Shown one piece after another: positions 55,679 to 60,797 of a stretch of 60,797 nucleotides of DNA. Under the pieces are notes generated by a model. The model saw nothing but the letters and a program-made list of their open reading frames with translations. It did no database searches and was not told where the DNA came from. Position 1 is the first letter of the stretch. Each line of letters starts with the position of its first letter. Where the stretch lies: positions 1-60,797 of the forward strand of contig BTVY01000045.1 in the NCBI GenBank assembly GCA_045863335.1, given 5' to 3'. This DNA comes from Candidatus Hydrogenedentota bacterium (GTDB lineage Bacteria; Hydrogenedentota; Hydrogenedentia; Hydrogenedentales; SLHB01). Position numbers and translations under genes: made by a program.

Positions 55679-56686
55679 ATGGAATCAGGCATCGCAGCCG
55701 GTACGCGGGTTTGGGTCGCTGACAAGAAGACCCCCTCCCTAGCCCTCCCCGTCCACGGGGAGGGTACCGGAAGCCCTACTTTCGATCCACATTTGAATAC
55801 AATCGATGTGTTTGATCTTCGTCCTGTGGAAGATCTGCGGGGCCGAGACGCGGTCTACTCCGTCGATGGTTCGACCACCGCTGTTTTGAGTGCTACCGCG
55901 GCAAAGCAAAATGAATTGATTATCACGATTGAGCCGTGCTGTGATCTGCCCGCGATTTCGGTAACCGCCAATATGCTCATCCTGGGCCGGAGGCGGCCAC
56001 GCTCGCTCGGCGGCAACCGCGATTGGACCGGAAGCCCGGCCGGAAATCAGCCCCACCGAAGACATCTCCGCCGGGAAATGTCGCCGCCGGAACGGGCACT
56101 GTGGCAACGCCTCAAAGGTCAGGCGCTCGGGTATAAGTTCCGCAGACAGCACTCGATCGGCCCGTACATCGCAGATTTCTATTGCCGAGAAGCAAATCTG
56201 GTCGTGGAAATTGACGGCTACTCCCATTCGGGAGTTGATTCCTACAAACATGACCGACGAAGGGATGCGTTTATGCGGTCCCTGGGGTTGCGGGTGCTGC
56301 GGATCAGTGCCAGTACTGTTGGCAAGGAACTGGATCAAGTGGTATCCACAATTGAAGGTGAATGCCAACGACCGCTCGTATCGCTGGAGGACGCCGAATG
56401 GGTTCGAGCAGATCAATTATGCCCGCGCGACATACTGTATGTTCCTGGTCCCAATTCGCAGGATTGTCCGGTACCTTTCACCAAGAACGTTCAAAAATCA
56501 ACGTTAAAGGGAGGTCTTGTTCCCTCCCTGTGGACGGGGAGGGCTAGGGAGGGGGTCTTCAAGTCCACCCGAATCGACTCCATTAGTTCTCAATGCGGCG
56601 TCAACACCATGCATAGCCTGGTACTGGAAAGAGACGTGGCCTGTGCGCTCGAATCAGCATTCGTCCGGTTCCCGCCCGGCGTTTGA
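55679..56686 (+). CDS. DUF559 (Vsr-like PD-(D/E)xK) endonuclease embedded in a degenerate Hint/intein-like scaffold
   Basis: LRREMSPPERALWQRLK...KFRRQHSIGPYIADFYC...VEIDGYSH...DRRRD...VLRI is DUF559; flanks resemble intein blocks. Start could be 55574, 55652 or 55679. Confidence 0.8.
   Translation: MESGIAAGTRVWVADKKTPSLALPVHGEGTGSPTFDPHLNTIDVFDLRPVEDLRGRDAVYSVDGSTTAVLSATAAKQNELIITIEPCCDLPAISVTANMLILGRRRPRSLGGNRDWTGSPAGNQPHRRHLRREMSPPERALWQRLKGQALGYKFRRQHSIGPYIADFYCREANLVVEIDGYSHSGVDSYKHDRRRDAFMRSLGLRVLRISASTVGKELDQVVSTIEGECQRPLVSLEDAEWVRADQLCPRDILYVPGPNSQDCPVPFTKNVQKSTLKGGLVPSLWTGRAREGVFKSTRIDSISSQCGVNTMHSLVLERDVACALESAFVRFPPGV
55726..55767 (+). repeat. Left arm of a 42-bp inverted repeat inside the DUF559 gene (REP-like)
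   Basis: gaagaccccctccctagccctccccgtccacggggagggtac; 40/42 identical to the reverse complement of 56519-56560; internal palindrome CCCTCCCCGT-cc-ACGGGGAGGG. Confidence 0.9.
56519..56560 (-). repeat. Right arm of the 42-bp inverted repeat inside the DUF559 gene
   Basis: gttccctccctgtggacggggagggctagggagggggtcttc. Confidence 0.9.
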
Positions 56687-56799
56687 CTGGGTTTCCGGCG
56701 CTGTTTAGACTGGGGAGTTGAATCCATGCAGTGACCCCTCGCGGCGCCTGTTTCCTGGGCGAATACCAAGCCGCCGCGAGGCGAAAAGGAGGACTTACC

Positions 56800-57351
56800 A
56801 TGGCCAAGGTATTGGTTCCGCTGGCGCAGGGCTGTGAAGAACTGGAAGCCGTTACCATCATCGACCTGCTGCGGCGCGCGGACATCACGGTTGTCACCGC
56901 GGGACTCACGGACGAACCCGTGAAAGCGAGCCGCAATGTCACCATCATCCCCGATAAGAATCTGGACGAGGCTTTGAAGGAAGACTACGACATGGTGGTG
57001 CTTCCCGGAGGCCTTCCGGGCGCGGACAACCTGAACAACGACGAGCGCATCCACGGTGTCTTGAAGAAGATGGTGGAGAGCGGCAAGTTCGCGGGCGCGA
57101 TTTGCGCGGCGCCGATTGTGTTGGCGAAGGCCGGCGTGCTGAGCGGGAAAAAGGCCACGAGTTATCCCGGGTTCCTGGACAAGATGAACTTGCCCGACGT
57201 GACGTACACCGGCGGCGCCGTGGAACGGGACGGCAAGATCATCACCTCCCGCGGGCCCGGCACGGCGATGGATTTCGCCCTGGCCGTCATCGAGATGTTG
57301 AAGGACAAGAAGACGCGGGACACGGTTGAGAAGGCGCTGGTCCGGAATTGA
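56800..57351 (+). CDS. DJ-1/PfpI family protein (YajL/ThiJ-like)
   Basis: GCEELEAV, LPGGLPGA, AICAAP nucleophile Cys, TSRGPGTAMDF; AGGAGG RBS. Confidence 0.92.
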   Translation: MAKVLVPLAQGCEELEAVTIIDLLRRADITVVTAGLTDEPVKASRNVTIIPDKNLDEALKEDYDMVVLPGGLPGADNLNNDERIHGVLKKMVESGKFAGAICAAPIVLAKAGVLSGKKATSYPGFLDKMNLPDVTYTGGAVERDGKIITSRGPGTAMDFALAVIEMLKDKKTRDTVEKALVRN

Positions 57352-57374
57352 ACCGCGCCAGCCTGCGGGTCTGT

Positions 57375-57453
57375 ATGGACGGAATGGACGATATGGACTG
57401 TATGGACAGTGCATGCTCTTGTCCATTCTGTCCATTCTGTCCATAGCGTCCAT
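57375..57453. repeat. Inverted array of 9-bp tandem repeats: (ATGGAC)x4 then (GTCCAT)x4
   Basis: atggac at 57375, 57384, 57393, 57402; gtccat at 57421, 57430, 57439, 57448. Confidence 0.9.
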
Positions 57454-57491
57454 AAAATATGCTTAGTATTTTGCCATCAAAGGAGTAGCAC

Positions 57492-58337
57492 ATGTTTTTT
57501 TCGGGGATTTCGGACGAGGCCGGTCAGGCCATTGAAACGCAGATCAAGGCCCACCAGGACCTCGGTTGGAAACATCTCGAGTTACGGCTGGTGGACGGCG
57601 AGAACGTCACGGCCTTGTCCGACGAGAAGTTCTCGCACGTGTACGGGAAAGTCTGCGACGCGGGCATGAAGGTTTCGTGTTTTGGCAGCGCCATCGCCAA
57701 CTGGGCGCGTCCCATCACCTGCGATCCGCAGATCGATATCGACGATCTGAAGCGGGCGATCCCCCGGATGCAGAAGTCCGGCACACCGTTTATCCGCGTG
57801 ATGAGTTACCCCAATGACTCGAAGCACCCAGTCGAGGAGCCCGAATGGCGCAACGAGGCCATCAAGCGGATGAAGGTGCTGGCGAAGATGGCGGAGGACG
57901 GCGGCATCACGCTTGCCCACGAAAACTGCAGCGGCTGGGGCGGGCTCTCGGCGGACAACAGCAACATCCTCCTCGGCGAGGTCAACAGCCCGGCGTTGAA
58001 GGTCGTGTTCGACACGGGCAACCCGGTGACCTACGGCCAGGACGCGTGGGAGTACTACGAGAAAGTCTACGACGACATCGTCTACGTCCACATCAAGGAC
58101 GCGAGAAAGGTGAACGGCGATGACGTGTACACCTACTGCGGCGAAGGCGACGGGTACGTGCGCGAGATCATCGGCGACCTGTTGAAGAAGGGGTATGACG
58201 GCGGGTTCAGCATCGAGCCGCATCTGGCGGCCGTCATTCATACGGGACAGAAGGCGGACAGCGACTCGGCGCTCTACGATTCCTACACGGAATACGGGCG
58301 GCGGCTCGTGAAGATTGTGGATGAGGTGAAACCGTAG
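57492..58337 (+). CDS. Sugar-phosphate isomerase/epimerase (xylose-isomerase-like TIM barrel)
   Basis: GISDEA, LAHEN, VFDTGN, VHIKD, SIEPH metal ligands; AGGAG RBS. Confidence 0.9.
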   Translation: MFFSGISDEAGQAIETQIKAHQDLGWKHLELRLVDGENVTALSDEKFSHVYGKVCDAGMKVSCFGSAIANWARPITCDPQIDIDDLKRAIPRMQKSGTPFIRVMSYPNDSKHPVEEPEWRNEAIKRMKVLAKMAEDGGITLAHENCSGWGGLSADNSNILLGEVNSPALKVVFDTGNPVTYGQDAWEYYEKVYDDIVYVHIKDARKVNGDDVYTYCGEGDGYVREIIGDLLKKGYDGGFSIEPHLAAVIHTGQKADSDSALYDSYTEYGRRLVKIVDEVKP

Positions 58338-58394
58338 CGAGGGCGTCCGCGGTGGTCGTGGGCGAAGGCGCGCGGAACCGGCAAGGGGTGGGGT

Positions 58395-58535
58395 ATGCGT
58401 AAGACTCAGATTCGGGCGTTGCTTGGAGCGGTATTTGCCATTGTGGTGTTGACGGTGTTCGCGGCCATCGCCGCATCGGCCATGGGCAAGGACGTGCCCA
58501 TCCTCCGGAACATCAGCGGCGCCCTGGGAATGTAG
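58395..58535 (+). CDS. Small single-pass membrane protein, 46 aa (absent from the ORF track)
   Basis: MRKTQIRALLGAVFAIVVLTVFAAIAASAMGKDVPILRNISGALGM-stop; purine-rich AAGGGGTGGGGT upstream; fills an otherwise empty gap. Confidence 0.6.
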   Translation: MRKTQIRALLGAVFAIVVLTVFAAIAASAMGKDVPILRNISGALGM

Positions 58536-58545
58536 GAACGAATTG

Positions 58546-58590
58546 AAGAACATCCCCCGTCGCTTCGCGCCACCCCCTTCGAAGGGGGAA
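58546..58590 (+). repeat. REP-like palindrome, family A variant with a longer linker
   Basis: aagaacatcccccgtcgcttcgcgccaCCCCCTTcgAAGGGGGaa. Confidence 0.8.
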
Positions 58591-58724
58591 TTTGGCCACA
58601 CAGGACCTATCTTGAAATGCTGAAGGCGATGACATTCCGATAGACCCGGATGAAGCGAGCGCGCCGCTGGCGTGGCAGGGGATGTTGCTCCACCGCGTAG
58701 GCTTTTCAATGGAGGTACTTCGCC

Positions 58725-59849
58725 ATGTCGATCAAATGCTTGGGATTTGTCGTTGCCGCGCTGGCCGTGATTCCGTGCATCGCCCAATCCGAGGAAGCGG
58801 GGCGGCCTGAGTTTTCCGTCCAGCCGTATATGCAGAATCGCTTTGACGACGCCGGCCAGGCGCTCCGGTTCGATGGCGATAGCGCCGAAGACGTTCCCGC
58901 GTGGCGCGATGCGGCGCGTGCGAAGCTTCGCGCCTTGCTCGGCATCGATACCATGACGCCCTGCCCGCTGGACCCGGTCATCACCGAAACGGTGGATTGC
59001 GGCGACCACACCCGGCAGCGCGTGGAGTTTCGCACGGAACCGGGCATCGTCATGCCGGTGTACGTGCTGATCCCGAAGCAAGGCGAAGCGCCGTATCCGG
59101 TCATGCTCGCGCCGCATGGGCACGGGGGCGGCGGCAAGATCGCCGTGGCCGGCATCGACGACGATCCGGAGGTGGCGAAGGCGATCGAGTCGTTCAACTA
59201 CGACTACGGCGTCGAGTTTGTCCGCGCGGGGTTCATCACCTTCTGTCCCGACGCGCGTGGTTTCGGGGAACGGCAGGAAGCCATCGCGAAGAAGAACCCG
59301 CTGTCGTCCTCCTGCCAATGGATCAACAACATGGCCATGCCGCTGGGGCAGACCATGACCGGCATGTGGGTCTGGGATCTCATGCGGCTCATCGACTATG
59401 TGGAAACCCGCGACGATTGCGATGCCGCGCGACTGGGCTGCGCGGGACTCAGCGGCGGCGGCCTGCAAACGCTCTGGCTCACCGCGTTGGATGATCGCGT
59501 CAAAGTCGCCGTGGACAGCGGTTACTTCTACGGCGTGAAACAATCGCTGTTGGATATGCATCAAAACTGTTCATGCAACTACATCCCCCACCTCTGGGAA
59601 AACGCGGACCACGGCGACCTGGGCGCACTCGTCGCGCCGCGCCCTTTCATGATTCAGACGGGCGACGAAGATCCGCTCAACGGCGCTGACGGACTCGACA
59701 ACGTAACCCCCCAGATCGCCATCGCGCGCGAGGTCTATGCACTGCTTGGCGCGGAGGACAACCTGCACCACGACGTGTTCCACGGCCCGCACAAATGGGA
59801 CAATACGAACACGGTACCGTTTTTGGTGGAGGCGTTGATGGGGCGTTGA
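58725..59849 (+). CDS. Secreted alpha/beta hydrolase (Abhydrolase_7-like)
   Basis: Signal peptide, PHGHG, GFGER, GLSGGG, NCSCNY, LVAPRPF, GPHKW; GGAGG RBS. Confidence 0.87.
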   Translation: MSIKCLGFVVAALAVIPCIAQSEEAGRPEFSVQPYMQNRFDDAGQALRFDGDSAEDVPAWRDAARAKLRALLGIDTMTPCPLDPVITETVDCGDHTRQRVEFRTEPGIVMPVYVLIPKQGEAPYPVMLAPHGHGGGGKIAVAGIDDDPEVAKAIESFNYDYGVEFVRAGFITFCPDARGFGERQEAIAKKNPLSSSCQWINNMAMPLGQTMTGMWVWDLMRLIDYVETRDDCDAARLGCAGLSGGGLQTLWLTALDDRVKVAVDSGYFYGVKQSLLDMHQNCSCNYIPHLWENADHGDLGALVAPRPFMIQTGDEDPLNGADGLDNVTPQIAIAREVYALLGAEDNLHHDVFHGPHKWDNTNTVPFLVEALMGR

Positions 59850-59853
59850 CCCA

Positions 59854-59951
59854 AGGGACACCAGGGACACCAGAGACATCAAGGACGAAGAGTGCGAACC
59901 TGTGCTCGGCGTGATTTTGTCTCTGTTGTCCCTGGTGTCTCTGCTGTCTCT
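59854..59951. repeat. Inverted array of 9-bp tandem repeats: (ARRGAC)x4 then (GTCYCT)x4
   Basis: agggac 59854, agggac 59863, agagac 59872, aaggac 59881; gtctct 59919, gtccct 59928, gtctct 59937, gtctct 59946; lies between convergent genes. Confidence 0.85.
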
Positions 59952-59956
59952 AAGAA

Positions 59957-60412
59957 CTACACGCCAAACTGCCGGAAGTGGTGCGCCATATGTACGCCGT
60001 GGACGTGTTGCCAGTAGTCCAGCGTGATGGGTCCGAGCAGGGGGCTGACGGTGCGGCGCGTCGGTTCGAGCGTCGCGGCCTCGACGAAGCGGTCCAACGC
60101 CGCGAGGGCCTGGTCGCGTTCGGCTTCAAACTCTGCGGTGGGTTCCGGAGTCCAGTCGTCGGGGGCTTTGATCTTTCCGCCGGGCCACTTTTTGAAGAGG
60201 TGAAAGGCGAGCACGCGGCCGACGGTCCGCATGAAGACGTTGCTGGTATCCTCGACTTCGATTTCGCCGAGCGAGACCTGAAGCGAGTACCGCAGATGCG
60301 CCATGAGTCCCGCCGGTGTGAGCTTCCCCCAGGCCGGGCGGGTGTCCCCCTGAATGGCCATCAGGCGCTGCTTGAACCACGGCGCCGTGCCGCTTTCCAG
60401 ACGTCGAATCAT
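59957..60412 (-). CDS. DUF1569 (DinB-superfamily) protein
   Basis: PAWGKLTPAGLMAHL, PLLGPITLDYW, HMAHHFRQFGV; GGAGG RBS. Confidence 0.85.
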   Translation of the reverse strand: MIRRLESGTAPWFKQRLMAIQGDTRPAWGKLTPAGLMAHLRYSLQVSLGEIEVEDTSNVFMRTVGRVLAFHLFKKWPGGKIKAPDDWTPEPTAEFEAERDQALAALDRFVEAATLEPTRRTVSPLLGPITLDYWQHVHGVHMAHHFRQFGV

Positions 60413-60620
60413 GGGCCGTCCTCCCAGGATCCCGGTTGAGTTCGTGTTCGCGTACTCCCTTGCAGCCGCTGCGACTCGCCAATAACCGCGATCTTAACGG
60501 TTCCCGCGCGAGAGGTCCAATCACTGCCAACGCCGCAGGTCCTGGATACAGCGAGCCCCAAAAAGCGCCGCCGGATGGCGTGGAGCATTTTGGCGGGAAT
60601 TGGATGTCCACACACGGGTG

Positions 60621-60766
60621 AAGAACATCCCCCTAGCCCCCTTCAAAGGGGGAATTTGCGACCCGCATGCTGCCTATTCGTAGACGTTGAACAAAATTCT
60701 GAGTTTGGGGTTTGCGCGCTTCGCAACGCAAAGCGTTGCGGCTTTTCCCCCTTTGAAGGGGTGCAG
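60621..60766. repeat. REPIN-like doublet, family A (right arm truncated)
   Basis: aagaacatccccctagcccccttcaaagggggaa (60621-60654) and inverted ttccccctttgaagggg (60745-60761); inner cgcaacgc-aaa-gcgttgcg hairpin (60722-60740) like the one at 24019. Confidence 0.85.
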
Positions 60767-60797
60767 ATCTGGGAATACCGCGAATTCTGTAATAAAT

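Noticed and set aside
55679-56686. Calling this an active intein or an IS transposase
   Set aside because: C1, the block B His and the terminal Asn are absent; no DDE or HUH motif and no evident target-site duplication at the repeats
57582-59564. 660-aa antisense ORF
   Set aside because: Overlaps three better-supported plus-strand genes and runs through a REP; no domain signal
57375-59951. 9-bp arrays as CRISPR or as coding repeats (ORFs 56590-57453, 57409-57669, 59571-59882)
   Set aside because: The period is far too short for CRISPR; the ORFs are low-complexity read-throughs that overlap well-supported genes

Overview
A GC-rich, gene-dense bacterial window with about 45 protein genes. I saw no rRNA, tRNA, CRISPR array or transposase. 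The content (DUF1549/DUF1553 cytochrome plus DUF1501, four Tat-exported Gfo/Idh/MocA oxidoreductases, DUF1080 proteins, sulfatases, a MoxR/vWA/DUF4159 operon) suggests a Planctomycetota- or Hydrogenedentota-like glycan degrader; this is inference, not a taxonomic assignment. Main blocks in order: NRAMP-like transporter and lipoprotein; pyc-birA; DUF1080, oxidoreductase and esterase; a MoaE-E1-rhodanese fusion with an Asp-box beta-propeller and a ubiquitin-like GG protein; DUF1553/DUF1501/SDR; more oxidoreductases and hydrolases; a 9-gene MoxR operon with an ECF-type promoter; two sulfatases; a putative nonulosonic-acid catabolic operon; HIT, DUF559, DJ-1, isomerase, small membrane protein, esterase and DUF1569. 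The intergenic space holds several distinct palindromic repeat families. The two best candidates for an undescribed system are (1) a free-standing, degenerate intein-like (Hint) protein carrying a DUF559 endonuclease, with a 42-bp REP-like inverted repeat pair read in frame inside the gene and related palindromes scattered across the window, and (2) the MoaE-E1-rhodanese / beta-propeller / Ubl operon. All family calls come from motif recognition by eye; no searches were run.
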